The notes below the pieces were generated by a model. The model was not told the origin of the DNA. It did not search any database and worked only from the letters and a program-made list of their open reading frames with translations. The position numbers and the translations under genes are program-made. Source: Octopus vulgaris (Eukaryota). Taken from it: 64,000 nt of DNA. Below, in pieces: positions 40,871 to 54,405 of this stretch. The stretch's first letter is position 1; every line of letters starts with the position of its first letter. The stretch is taken from positions 84,258,001 through 84,322,000 of the forward strand of contig OX597818.1 in NCBI GenBank assembly GCA_951406725.2, written 5' to 3'.

Positions 40871-41319
40871 AGGTTGGGTGTTATTATTATTATCATCTTC
40901 ATCATCATCATCATCACCAAGTCGGCGAGCTAGCTGATTAGCCTAGCGTCCCAACATCACCTATTTAAGGGAGAGTTATTCACCCCTAATTCTTTAGGGA
41001 GTACATTTAATTTGAGCGAGTTGGGTGTTCGGCATGAAAGCTGTTTATACCATTTTGCAGCTTCAGCGAGGAGAGAATTATAACCAGAATATCTGACGCT
41101 AGTGCTTAGCGTTTTTTTTTTTTTTCCAGCATTCATGTTCAGCTTCAAGAAATATTTTGAAACCACGTAATGTTTTTTAACACGATTTATACTTGTTATG
41201 CAAGTTGCTCTATTTCACTTTAGCGTCAGAAATAAATGTTGCACAGCGATCAACTTTAACGTGTCTTCATATTTTCTTAATGATAGTCATCCTGACTCAT
41301 ATCAACCGGAAGATATAAT

Positions 41320-41881
41320 ATTCTTTTCTATTCTACGCACAAGGCCCGAAATTTGGGGGAGGCGGCCAGTCGATTAAATCGACCCCAGTACGCAACTGGT
41401 ACTAAATTTATCGACTCCGAAAGAATGAAAGGCGAAGTCGACTTCAGCGGACAGACGAAATAACTATTTCTTTACTACCCACAAGGGGCTAAACTCAGAG
41501 GGGACAAACAAGGACAGACACACGGATTAAGTCGATTATATCGACCCCAGTGGGTAAATGGTACTTAATTTATCGACCCCAAAAGGATGAAAGGCAAAGT
41601 CGACCTCGGCGGAATTTGAACTCAGGACATAAAAACAGACGAAATACCCATTTCTTTACTACCCACAAGGGGCTAGACACAGAGTGGAGAAACATGTACA
41701 GACAAACGGATTAAGTCGATTACATCGACTCCAGTGCGTAACTGGTACTTAATTTATCGACCCCGAAAGGATGAAAGGCAAAGTCGACCTCGGCGGAATT
41801 TGAACTCAGAACGTAGCAGCAGACAAAATACCGCTAAGCATTTCGTCCGGCGTGCAAATTTTTCTGCCAGCTCGCCGCCTT
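41320..41881 (-). mobile_element. Tandem trimer of SINE family B (~185-bp period)
   Basis: One head at about 41880 and two head-less repeats. Confidence 0.9.
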
Positions 41882-42014
41882 CAGAAGACATAATATTATC
41901 AAGGCTTAAGCAACATGACATTCATTTAAACACATCGCTAAAATCTTACGCAGTTTCTATATTTTCTCCTCTAAAACCACAGCTGGTACACTTTCTTCAA
42001 CAGTATCATTTATT

Positions 42015-42555
42015 TGTTATCTTTTATTTGTTTTAGCCATTAGAGTGCGGCCATGTTAGGGCATTGCCTTCAAGAATTACTCGTCGAATGAATCGACCAC
42101 AGTCCTTATTTGTTTGAAGCCTAGTGCTTATTTTATCGTTCTCTTTTGCTGAACCACTAATTTACGGGAGCGTAAACACATGAGTACTGGTTGTCAAGCG
42201 TTGTGGAGTAGGAGGACAAACACAAACACAGACACACACACACACACACATACATACATACACACACACATACATACATACATACATACATACATACATA
42301 CATACATACATACATACATACATACATGCATACGTGTGTGTGTGCATATATGTGTCTGTGTATACATGACAGGCTTCTTTCAGTTTCCGTCTACCAAATA
42401 CACTCATATGACTTTGTTCGGCCCAGAGCTATAGTAGAAGACACTTGTCCAAGGTGCCACACAGTGGGACTGAACCCGGAACCATGTGGTTGGGAGGAAA
42501 CCTTCTTACAACACTGTCACACCTGCCTCTATCCACACAGCCACGCCTGCACCTA
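42015..42555 (-). mobile_element. SINE family A
   Basis: Full layout with a (CATA)n interior. Confidence 0.9.
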
Positions 42556-42660
42556 TACTGTCAGTCTTTATGGGAAAGTGCCATAAAATTCTGTAATTCT
42601 TATTCCCTATCATAGCTTCCGGTTCGTGTTCATACCACATTCCTGTTATTTCGAATCTAC
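42556..42660 (-). pseudogene. R4/Dong-like LINE fragment
   Basis: WYEHEPEAMIGNKNYRILWHFPIKTD. Confidence 0.75.
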
Positions 42661-43337
42661 ACACTCGGCTAACAAACAACCCAATGCACTGTTCTGCCTT
42701 CACGGTGATGCCTGCTCTTACACTCTTTCAGGAAAGCGAGTCAGTAGATATTATAACCACAGTACTTGGTTAATACTTTACCTTAGCAACCCAAAATGAT
42801 AAGATAAGAGCAAAGTTGACCCCAGTAGGACTCGAATCAGAACAGATGCTGCAGGGTATTCTTACCGATGTTCTACCGACTCCTTTATGTTTGGCTTAAG
42901 TAATAGTAAATGATATAAGTACCACTTGTGAATGAAGGTCACCATTTTCAAAGGAAGGGGTTAATCAATATCATTGCCCCTCCCCACCTCAATATATCAC
43001 AGGCCCTTTATTTTATAGTCACCGGAAGCTTAAAGAAAGAAAGTTGACCTCGGCAGGATTTGAACTCAGAACCCTAACTGCCGGAACATTTGGTTAGAGA
43101 CATTTCTGATGGCGGTTTAACGATTCTGCCGATAATGATGATTTATTTACTCTGTTTAATTATAACAGAGCAGTAGTAGTAGTCGCAGTAGTAGTAGTAG
43201 CAGCAGCAGCAGCTAATACATAAATAACAATAATAGTAATACATTTCCAAAGAGACAACGTAGCATCGATAACGGGATTTGAACTCGGTCGACCTTTCCG
43301 TTGTCAGGTCAACACCGTACATGACACAACCAGCTGA

Positions 43338-43384
<47 letters not shown>

Positions 43385-44089
43385 TAATATATAATGTATT
43401 ATATATCATATACACAGATATACAATAAATATATTTGTATATGTAAGTGTATGCATATGTACATATATGCATACACACACACACATATATATATATGTAC
43501 ACGGCTACCGCCCTCTTTCTCATTAAGCATATGTATTAAGACGTGTGCCTGTGTGTAATTCTGTGTGTGTGTGTGTGTGCGTTTGTGTGTGTGTGTGTGT
43601 GTGCGTGTTTGTGCGTGTGTGCGTGTGTGTGTGTGTGTGCGCGCGCGCGTGTGGACTCTATTTCTACATTACCCTCTCTGTCAATTTCATTGGCCTTGCT
43701 GATCCGCTAAGAAAAACCAATTTCTTATGTATACAATATTAACCGCGCGAACAAACATTATTCCTGATAGGAAAAAAATAGAAAACTATTCTCTCACGGT
43801 CTCCTTTACTCTCCCTCTCTCCACGCACATATGTGTGTGTGTGTGTGTGTGTGTGTGCTCACAGAATATCCATATTTCCTATTCTCGATTGCACCTGTTT
43901 TATTGCATCTAACCAATAAGAATGTATTTTCTTTAGAACATGGAAATCACACATAATATAGTTTATGAAACATTGAAATCATTTATAACACCTCGGTTAT
44001 CCTCCTTATATAATATTTTCAAGGATAAAAGACACACACTAAGTACGTACATACTTATGTACGGGTGCGTATGCATTTCTGCTTATATG

Positions 44090-44164
<75 letters not shown>

Positions 44165-44191
44165 GTATGTATATATGTATATGTGTGTGTG

Positions 44192-44275
<84 letters not shown>

Positions 44276-44458
44276 GTATGTATATATGTATATATAGGAG
44301 TATGCGTAACGTGTGAGTGTACCTGTATGTCTGTTGTTGCATCAGTCTGTCAGTGATTTCGTGTGTGTATGTATAAACACACGTATAGTGAAAGACCAAA
44401 TGCAACCATTAAATATATACATGCATGCACAAACACACACACACACACAAACATACAT

Positions 44459-44504
<46 letters not shown>

Positions 44505-44722
44505 GCTCGTGCGTTTATGTATTTGTATATAAAATACGTGACTGTATGTGTGGGTTAATACACACACATAAACGGACACATATACACACACATACACATA
44601 TAGAATGATTTAATTTGGAAATAGCTAATGTAAAACAAAATAGACTACTACAAATATATAACAATGCCAAATCACTTTTACCCAAAAAATAATAAATAAA
44701 TAAATAAATAATGATAATAATA

Positions 44723-44783
<61 letters not shown>

Positions 44784-45677
44784 GCCGCTTGCTAAAATGA
44801 GAACGTTTGATTTTCTTCAGTCCACCCTTTCTCTTCTTTTTCCTTTTCCAACCTCAACCACTTCCGCCATCTTGATCACTACCCTTCCATCCCCAAACTA
44901 ATTTTTATTCCTTCCATTTTGTTTTGTTTTGTTTTTTGTATTTTTGTTTAGTTTTTTTTTTTTTTCGTTTTTTTTTATTATTATTTCTCTCTACGACGAC
45001 CAACAAGTGACATTCTAACAATAGCTAAAAGCTGCTGGAACGAAATAAATGGCGGTAACTAGTAATTACCTTAATAAAAAAAGAAAAACCGATATTCATA
45101 TAGACAGTAAACGAATAGAATTAATAGTAAATATAGTTGTGTGACCCCGGCAACAATAATCCTAGCATTAGAAATATAAATACGAATATGATGAATACAA
45201 ACAAGAAGAAAAATAAACGAAAAATGACAAGAAATAAAAAGCAAGACAAAAAATCTAATAACAGGAGAGATTCTCTGTGGTCGTTCGGCTTATTATAAGC
45301 TTCTCTACAGCTTCTTCCTTTTACCATCTTGACGAAAAGGAATGACGCATTGCATAATATATATCCTAGCAATAACCTGTGGCTTGGGAGGGAATGTGTT
45401 GGTCACGGTTGGAGCGGCTTTGATAATAGGTGTGAATGATTAGGGTTGATTTGGAATTCATCATATATCTGCCTGCAGATGCAGCCATGCTGCAGCATCG
45501 CTTTGATTGGTTTAAGGATTTGGCCAATGAAATCGATCGAAATATTTTTTATTCAGTTATTTATCTTCTATTAATGTCTTCGTTTCGTTTGTTTTGCAAA
45601 ACTGCTTAATTACGGGTACACATAAAACGCAAGATTTGTCAACTGGTCACACATGCACACTCACACACAAACATAAT

Positions 45678-46160
45678 TTATCTTTCATCTTTTACTCGTC
45701 TCAATCATTAGACTGCGGTCATTCTGGGGCACTGCATTCATGAAGTTTTAGACAAATGAATCGACCCCGGTACTTATTTTTTCAAGCCGGGTACTTATTG
45801 TATCGGTCTGTTTTGTCAACCGCAATGTTACATGAACATAAACACACCAATACCAGTAAGTCAAGCTGTGGAGGAGGAACAAATACAGACACAAGACGTA
45901 CTCACACACACACACATTCACGTACGCACGTACACGCACACGCCCATATATACGACGGGCTTCTTTCAGTTTCCGTCTATTAGCTCCACTCACAAGACTT
46001 TGGTCAGCCCAAGATCATAATAGAAGACACTTGCCTTACAATATGTCATCATTCTTGTGTAAGAAGCTGCATATTTTTTCGAGCTTTGCATTTAGTGGGA
46101 CTGAACCCAGAACCATGTGGTTGGTGACCAAGCTTCTTACCACACAGCCACGCTTGCACT
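45678..46160 (-). mobile_element. SINE family A with a ~60-bp internal insertion
   Basis: Consensus interrupted at about 46036-46092. Confidence 0.85.
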
Positions 46161-46630
46161 TAAATGCGTGTGTGTGTGTGTGTTTGCGTGTGTGTGTGTG
46201 TGTGTGTGAGTGTGTGTGTGTTTGTGTGTGTGTGCGTGTGTGTGTGTATGTGTGCGTGTGTGCATATATATCTTTTTTATTGCTTCCAGAATGTTTCCAA
46301 CAATCAAAGTTACCAACAAGACATTGATGTACCCACGGGTTAATACAAGATACTTGTTCAAGTTACTAGAGAGTGGGATTGAACCCTGAACGATGTAGTT
46401 GCGAAGTCAACTACATAAACATAGCCATCCATCTCTTAATCTTTTATCTTTTACGTGTTTCAGACAGTGGACATACTTGTACAAATCGACCCGAGTACTT
46501 ATTTTTAGAATATGGTAAATAATAATAAGTAACAGTGACATAAACAAACCAACACCAGTTTTCAAGCATTGATGGGCGATAAAGGCATATACATGGAGAA
46601 ACACGCATACATACACATATATATTATATA

Positions 46631-46748
<118 letters not shown>

Positions 46749-46751
46749 TGA

Positions 46752-47065
46752 GCAGCTGGCAGTCCGTCGGTTACGACGACGAGTGTTCCAGTTAATCCGA
46801 TCAACGGAACATTCTGCTCGTGAAATTAACGTGCAAGTGGCTGAACACTCCACAGACATGAATACCCCTTACGTAATTATCAGAGAGACTCAGCGTAACT
46901 GAGTGCATGGCATGGCCGATCCTATGAAATAGATTACAACTCATTTTTGTCATCTGACTGGATTGGAGCTACGTGAAATAAAGCGTCTTCTTCGGGACAA
47001 CGCGTCGCCGGGATTTGAACTCACGACCTTACAATCGTGAGCTCAATAACCTAACCACGTGCTCG
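46752..47065 (-). mobile_element. tRNA-derived SINE (family C head, different tail)
   Basis: Minus strand GGTCGTGAGTTCAAATCCCGGCGACGCGTTG..TTTATTTCACGTAGCTCCA, similar to 4280-4360. Confidence 0.75.
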
Positions 47066-47093
47066 CACGCACACACACACATACATACATACA

Positions 47094-47129
<36 letters not shown>

Positions 47130-47139
47130 TATATATATG

Positions 47140-47320
47140 ATAGATTGCTAGCCACTACACATTTTTTTCTCTCCTTTTTTTTTCTGTGTACCTTTCTGTA
47201 GAAGAGCGTACGCTCGAAACGTAAAATACTTTTTCTATTCCTGAGCGCTATACTAATACATCTGTTTATTTTGTACACCACCTGTCTTCGTGTTTTGTTT
47301 TTTTCGTAAACTTTGCCTAT
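47140..47320 (+). mobile_element. Short Penelope-like fragment with minimal hammerhead-like motif (47193-47226)
   Basis: TTT-CTGTAGA-A-GAGCG ta CGCTC-GAAA-CG-TA-AAA; (TA)n flanks; homologous to 52638-52770. Confidence 0.65.
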
Positions 47321-47595
47321 ATATATAGTGGAAGTTTCTCAATTCCTACGTTAACAATATATACATGCATACATAGATACGTACATATTTGTATATTAAC
47401 ACACACACACACACAAACACACACTTACATACACATACACACACAGAGTTCTGGCTTCAATCTCAGTGCGTTGGAACTTCTGCAATTGTCTTCTACTATA
47501 ACTCCTAGGCGACCAAAATCTTGTAGGTAGATTTGGTAGACGGAAACACTGAAGAGGGTAGAAATTGATATTAATCAATTAAAACCAGTCGTTTA

Positions 47596-47645
<50 letters not shown>

Positions 47646-47902
47646 ATATATATCTTTATCCCTATTTACTCTTATTACCAGGTTCCTTCACGTCTGTCTG
47701 TATTTATATATGTATATATATATTTATTCATTTATTTATATTACCCCGACATCCAAGCTTCCTCATTCTACATTGAGAGAAGGACGGGATGGACGCTTCA
47801 TTTTTGTGCTGGTACCGCATTATGTCGTACGCGAATGAGAGGATTTTCATCCCCAACGTAGAATTTTTGATGTAATACATGTCCTTGAGGTAGTGATTGT
47901 GC

Positions 47903-47980
47903 GCGGCTGAAGAAGGCCATAGACACACATTATGCATTGTTATAAATCCGTCTAATAAAGGCCCGAAACATATGTACCGC
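47903..47980 (+). ncRNA. Type-I hammerhead ribozyme motif with extended stem II
   Basis: GCGG-CTGAAGA-AGGCC..TAGAC..GTCTA..GGCCC-GAAA-CATATG-TA-CCGC, inside a (TA)n-flanked insert at about 47655-48022. Confidence 0.8.
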
Positions 47981-48105
47981 TGAATCCTTGGCATCATGTT
48001 TTTATTTTTATTTTGATTAATTTATATATATATATATACATACATGTATTTATGTGTGTGTGTGAGTGTGTGTATGTATATATATGTATATATGCATATA
48101 TATAC

Positions 48106-48385
48106 AAATTAAGAGGAATGACCACCAAAGTGGATTCCTAATATGCTAAAGAGAAACGTTAAATCGCCTTACCACGTCTATCTTTAGCATGTTAGGAATC
48201 CACTTTGCTGGTCATTCCTCGCAATTTATATGTAATATAATTTTTAATCTTCGGATTTTATAAATATGCTAAACCACTAGTTTTAATTGATTAACATCAA
48301 TGTCTACCCTCATTATTTAACGTATATATATATGGTGTAATTAATAATTATTCCAAATTAATTAATTTCACCCTTTATTGTTATT
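48106..48385 (+). mobile_element. Penelope-like 3' end with an inverted 5' segment
   Basis: Arms 48106-48152 and 48181-48227; 3' end TTAATTGATTAACATCAAT.TCTACCCT shared with 60570-60640. Confidence 0.65.
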
Positions 48386-48520
48386 GTATATATATATATA
48401 TATATACGACGAACTTCTTTCAGTTTCCGTCTACCAAATCTGCCAACAAAATTTTGGTCCCCTAGGAGCTATAGTAGAAGACAATTACAGAAGTTCCAAC
48501 GCACTGAGATTGAACCCAGA

Positions 48521-48600
<80 letters not shown>

Positions 48601-48602
<2 letters not shown>

Positions 48603-48778
48603 TGTTTTATCATACCTAATGCGCCTACCATTATAGGAACTGTTTTCATTTTTAGCTTCCACATTCGAGTTACATTTATTTCCAGACCTTTGCATTTTGA
48701 AAGTTTCTCCGTTTCTTTTGGAGTAACATTGTCACCTGTTGGTATTGATACATCGATTAGAAAGCATTTTTGCTTGGT
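48601..48778 (-). pseudogene. R4/Dong-like endonuclease fragment
   Basis: CFLIDVSIPTGDNVTPKETEKLSKCKGLEINVTRMWKLKMKTVPIMVGALG. Confidence 0.85.
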
Positions 48779-48782
48779 GATC

Positions 48783-49125
48783 TCAAGGTAGTGAGCTGGC
48801 AGAATCATTAGAACGCTGGACGAAATGCTTAGCGGTATTTCACCCGTCGCTACGTTCTGAGTTCAAATTACGTCGAGTTTGACTTCGTCTTTCATCATTT
48901 TGGGTTTGATAAAATAAGTGCCAGTTAAACACTGGGGTCGATGTAATCGACTCTTCCCCTCCCCAAAATTGCTATCCTTGTGGCAAAATTTGAAACCATT
49001 ATTATTATTATTATTATTTAAGGTAGCGAACTGGAAGAATCGTTAGCACGCCGGGCAATATGCTTAGCGGTATTCTGCCCGCTGCTACGTTCTCAGTTGA
49101 AATTCTACCGTGGTCGACTTTGCCT
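48783..49125 (+). mobile_element. SINE family B plus a second partial copy
   Basis: Heads at about 48785 and 49021; (ATT)n tail between them. Confidence 0.88.
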
Positions 49126-49356
49126 GCGGAACACATCGGACGTGTTTGCGAACGCTCCAAGTAAGTCCAGGTCAAAATATTTATTTACACCAGGATCGGT
49201 TTCCTTTTTCAATAATTATTTCATTTCAAGTTGTGAATATAAACACCAGGAACCTGTTAGTGGTTATTTGTGGTTGTGTATCATCCAGAGGGACGATTTT
49301 CGTCCCACCAAATAATTACGGTGGGCGTTAAATTTAATTGAATCAAATACCACTCA

Positions 49357-50990
49357 GCAAGATGGCGGAGCGCCTCTTGGTAGAGTTGAGAAGAAACAAA
49401 ACAAACCCCTACCAATATGGTAATGGATGAAGACTTCCCTCCGTTACGGGCAACAAGGAAGGGTTTCGGAGGAGGTGAAAAACAAGACTATCATGATACA
49501 ATGTCCAACTAACAGTAACAACAATAGTAGCAGAAAAACAGCAGTAGAAATGACAACAGTGACAGCAGCCGCAACAGTGACATCAGTCGCAGCAGTAGTA
49601 GTAGTAGTGATAGCAACAACAACCACAAAAAATACAGCAACGGCAGTAGCAATAGCAAGAGTAACAGCAACGAGAGCAAAAGTGACAACAGCAACAACAA
49701 CGGCAGCAGAAAGAACAGTAACAAAAACAAAAATAACAACGAGAACAAATATCAATAACAATAACAAAAACACGTTCACAGCATCAGCAAATAACAAACA
49801 ACGCTTTACCGTATACCTCACAAATAGGGAAAATATGCTACCACAGGCATGGAAACTAATAAAACAGGAGAAGACTTGAGCCAACCTGAATGTCCCATCA
49901 GAGCAATTGAATCAGTGGCGAGAAGAGCGGTGCTTTTCAGATGCATCTCAGCAGACACGAAAAGAGCGGCTTTAATAACCCAAGTAGACATTGAGGCGGC
50001 GCTATGATGCATCATAAATGACATCGAATACATCAGCTAGGAGCAAAGAATACGGCACCATTTGGGTGCTGCTTAAGTCAGAAGCCCTCGCTATGAAACA
50101 TTTAATGACCCTCTGCAAAACCAGCAAAGTCATCATGTACCCCTCCTAATTAGGGACACGTACAGCCCGTGTCTGCATTCCTAGAATCCTACCAGGACTA
50201 GACATTTGGTGACTTCTGGGATGCGTAATCATGGAGGGGACGGATACTGTCCCTATAGAGACGACAAGAACTGCCAGGGAGGACTGGTCCGGGGTTGATC
50301 TGGAGATACTTCTCCAGATCAGACCCGAAAACATTAAAAAATCCCGGATCACATCCGTCTCCAGAACGGGACAGTGGTACATATCATGACTGAGGGCAAA
50401 AGGCCCCATTTCTTCGCGTGTGAGAAAACAACTCATGTGCGAGTTCACTGGCCCAACTGGTACAAAGTGCAAGGGGGCAAAGGCCTCCACTGCTACCTAC
50501 GCCCGGACGAGAACCACAAACAATACCAGCGTCGACAAAACCACCAGCAACAACACCAAAGATATTAACCACCTTAGGGGAAAACAAGAAATGCTCTCTC
50601 ACTCGCTTCACACCAAACAAATATACACACATAAAAAAGATTATAAACATACACAGAGACACACTTACAGAAACAGTCTCTTCATCTTCCAGTAGTGAAG
50701 ATGAAGTGAAACCAAAAGATGCAAAAGAAAAATAGGAAGCACAAAAGAAAAACTCCACAAGGCATAACAACTCCCACAATAAAAAATACAGACTCCACCA
50801 ACGCAAACATCTCACCAAAAACACCAACACTATCATTGTCATCAGAATCCCCCAAACGCAAACAACCTAAACAAGAACAGACACTCGCACAAACATCTAA
50901 AACTGCAGACACCACGCTCACAGCACACACGACACAGCAGAAACAGCAACAACAAGACCATCACCACTACAGTCAAGCAAACAGATTAGT
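49357..50990 (+). pseudogene. Decayed L1/Tx1-like LINE ORF1 (gag-like, degenerate zinc knuckle)
   Basis: CAAGATGGCGG start; KKIPDHIRLQNGTVVHIMTEGKRPHFFACEKTTHVRVHWP resembles EG.RP.C..C....H....CP; T/K-rich tail. Confidence 0.6.
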
Positions 50991-51474
50991 CTGCCTGTTT
51001 TGGACATACTATTGTTTGTTTCAGTTCTTGCACCCATTCAGCATCCTTCTTGTGCTCCTTGTCTTTGCTCCAGATGTCACCCCAAAAACTTTGACTTTCA
51101 TTGTTATCTGTACACTATCCATTTTCATCTGTACACTATCCATTTATCTCTTTATAGAATCTCTTCTGATCTACTCTGAATAACCTATTCTGGTGGTAAC
51201 TCTTCATTCTTTGGTCGTATCATACCATCTTTGCTTTCTTTGCAACGAGGCGCTGTTTCAGTTCTTCCATTACCACTTTCAGGCCCTTTCTTTCAATATT
51301 ATACTTCCTTTCAGCGCCCTGTATTTTTGTTCGCTTTTAAGCTCCCCTTTCTATTTTCGGTCTAACACAGAAATTTCCTTCGGAAGCATATGTAACCCTG
51401 CCTGTATTCTTTTTTTTTTCCACCATAGGTATTTTCATTTGTCACTCCCATTATCTTTCTTTTTCTTGACATCA

Positions 51475-51865
51475 ACACCCGGCACGCTGGACGAAATGTT
51501 TAGTGGTATTTCACCCGTCATTACGTTCTGAGTACAAATTTTGCCGAGGTTGACTTTGCATTTCGTCCTTTCGCGTTCGATAAATTAAGTACCGGTGAAA
51601 CGCTGAATTCAACGTGATCGATTAGTCCTTTCCCCCAAAATTTCAGGCCTTATGCCTTCAGCAAAAAGGATTATTATTATTCTTAAGGCGGTGCACTGCC
51701 AGAATCGTTAGCACGCCAGACAAAATGCTTATCGGCATTTCGTCCATTCTTACGTTCTGAGTTCAAATCCCGCCGTGGATGACTTTGCCTTTCATTCTTT
51801 CGTGGCTTCGACTTATTCCCTCTCTCGAAATTGCTGACCTTGTGTCAAAATTTGAAATCATTATT
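51475..51865 (+). mobile_element. Two adjacent SINE family B copies
   Basis: Cores at about 51540 and 51770; GGATTATTATT tail. Confidence 0.85.
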
Positions 51866-52637
51866 ATCGTTGTTGTTGTTGCTGTACTTGTGATGCGTTT
51901 ACAAATGTTACAGTTTCAAAGGGAAACAACCATGTCTTCACAGCGATATTATTTTCTATGTCATCTTAGTAACTCACAATAAGGCAACACAGAATTGGCG
52001 TGGGAAACTATCAAAGAGAGGTGACAGGAGAATATTTCACGTCGACGCAGATCTGTTACGTAAACGACTACGAGAATTTTATAACTTTATTAACAAGTGT
52101 AATTATATTAACTAGTTAAATTTACATCTGCTCAAAATCTAAATTTTCTTAAACCTCGAGCTGTTGTCTGGCTCATTATCATAATTTTTAAAAATTTGAT
52201 AAATCAGTGTAAGAAGCTTAGTAACAATGTAGTTTCGGGTTCCATCCCACAGCGAGGTGCTTTCTACTACTTGACAAAATGCCTTCTTCTACAGCTCCAG
52301 GCTGAACAGTATCTTGTGAGTGATTTTGTTTGATAGAAGCTTGCTTCCCAAATATATGATTCTGTGTCCAGTCTCACTGCGTGGCACTTGGGCAGGTATC
52401 TTCTACTATAGTCTCGGGGCGACCAAAGCCTTGTGAGTGGATTTGTTAGACAGAAACTGAGACACACTTATATATTTGTGTGTTTTCTATGTTTTTGCTT
52501 TTATGTTTTCGTTTCTCATTGTGTTCAACATTTTGTTTTTGATATCCTGTACCCATATATGCATGTATATATACATATATATGTAGGTATCTACATATAT
52601 GTATGTATATATGCATATTTATATATATATATATATA

Positions 52638-52770
52638 GTTGAAATTCACAGAAAAACAAAAGACGAAGACAGGCGTAGAAACAAGCAGGTATATTAGTTT
52701 GACGGTTGGAAAGGTGAGAAAGTATTTTACGTTTCGAGCCTACGCCCTTAAACAGAAAGGAACACGAGGA
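52638..52770 (-). mobile_element. Short Penelope-like fragment with degenerate hammerhead (52725-52758)
   Basis: Minus strand TTT-CTGTTTA-A-GGGC gtag GCTC-GAAA-CG-TA-AAA; (TA)n flanks. Confidence 0.6.
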
Positions 52771-52891
52771 TATATATATATATATATATACATAGGCATT
52801 AGCATTTCGCTAAACCTGCGATAAATCTTTAAAGTAAAAATAAATATACTGACTGCCGAATTTAGCCAAACCATCAAGCTCTAAAGTAGTC

Positions 52892-52930
52892 ACTGCTAAT
52901 GAGCCTACGACTAAGCGAAACAAGTCTAGT
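52892..52930 (+). ncRNA. Type-I hammerhead motif, one core substitution
   Basis: ACTG-CTAATGA-GCCTA cgac TAAGC-GAAA-C aa G-TC-TAGT; GUC cleavage triplet. Confidence 0.65.
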
Positions 52931-53003
52931 CTAATGATCGTAGGGATGCTCACGTGGCGGTTATCTCCCCTGTGAGTGTATATATATATATATATATATA
53001 TAA

Positions 53004-53413
53004 ACACAGGAGTGGCTGTGTGGTAAGTAGCTTGCTAACCAGCCACATGGTTCCGGGTTCAGTCCCACTGCGTGGCAACTTGGGCAAGTGTCTTCTGCTA
53101 TAGCCTCGGGCCGACCAATGCCTTGTGAGTGGATTTGATAGATGGAAACTGAAAGAAGCCTGTCGTATATATGTGTATATATATAAGTGTGTGTGTATAT
53201 GTTTGTGTGTCTGTGTTTGTCCCCCTAGCATTGTTTGACAACCGATGCTGGTGTGTTTACGTCCCCGTCACTTAGCGGTTCGGCAATAGAGACCGATAGA
53301 ATAAGTACTGGGCTTACAAAGAATAAGTCCCGGGGTCGATTTGCTCGACTAAAGGCGGTGCTCCAGCATGGCCGCAGTCAAATGACTGAAGCAAGTAAAA
53401 GAGTAAAAGAGTA
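53004..53413 (+). mobile_element. SINE family A, most intact copy
   Basis: A/B-box-like TGGCTGTGTGGTAAG and GGTTCAGTCCC, CORE-like CTTGGGCAAGT, (GTAAAAGA)n tail. Confidence 0.95.
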
Positions 53414-53972
53414 ATATATATTGCACGCTTCTTACAGCATGAAGGGATTTAAACTCTTATTTCTTGCAATAGGTGCTTCAGTGTCCTCCGTCACAATTAG
53501 TGACAATATATATATATGTATGTGTGTGTCTGCATGTAACGTGCAGTATATGGTCCTTTTATAAACTGGGATTATTTAGCTGTTATTCCCTGGAATGCAA
53601 AATCACGATGAACAGCATTGATAGATTTTCGAGGTCATCATCAGAAGCGTCTACATAAATTTGACCAGTCCTAGAGAAACAACCAGCCAATCTGTCTATA
53701 TACTCAACAATTATAGTAGCAGCAGAAAACTGGGGACACTGGTTTGATTACCGTAAGTGTTAACATTTTATTTTTAAATATCAGGGAGCTGTCAACGGGA
53801 ATCTTAGGCCACGTAATATCAAGTTATGGTATAGTATCATACACGCACACAAACACACACACGCACACACATACACAGCAGATGGTAGCACATAGTTGCG
53901 TGCGCAGTTACAGCTAGCAGTAAATATTCACGAGGCGGTGTGCCGAGTGACATCGCTGTGCTTACACCTCAT

Positions 53973-54155
53973 ATTCTTTTACTCTTTTATTTGTTTCAGT
54001 CGTGTGACTGTGGCCATGCTGGAGCGACCCCAGGACTTATTCTTTGTAAGCCTAGTGCTTATTCTACCGGTCTCTTTTGCCGAACCGCTAAGCTACGGGG
54101 AGGTAAACACACCAGTTGTCAAGCGATGTTGGGGGGGACAAACACAGACACACAA

Positions 54156-54228
<73 letters not shown>

Positions 54229-54405
54229 GATATATATACACAACGGGCTTCTTTCAGTTTCCCTCTACCAAATCCACTCACAAGGCTTTGGTCGGCCCAA
54301 GGCTATAGTAGAAGGCACTTGCCCAAGGTGCAACGCAGTGGGACTGAACTCGGAACCATGTTGTTCGTAAGCAAGCTACTTACCACGCAGCCACTGCTGC
54401 GCCTA
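53973..54405 (-). mobile_element. SINE family A, near intact
   Basis: Inverted relative to 53004-53413. Confidence 0.93.

Noticed and set aside
53004-53075. tRNA gene calls for SINE heads
   Set aside because: A/B boxes only, no full cloverleaf, and contiguous with SINE bodies.
53612-53652. Minus-strand CTGATGA..TCGAAA motif
   Set aside because: Stems I and III do not pair convincingly, and there is no element context.
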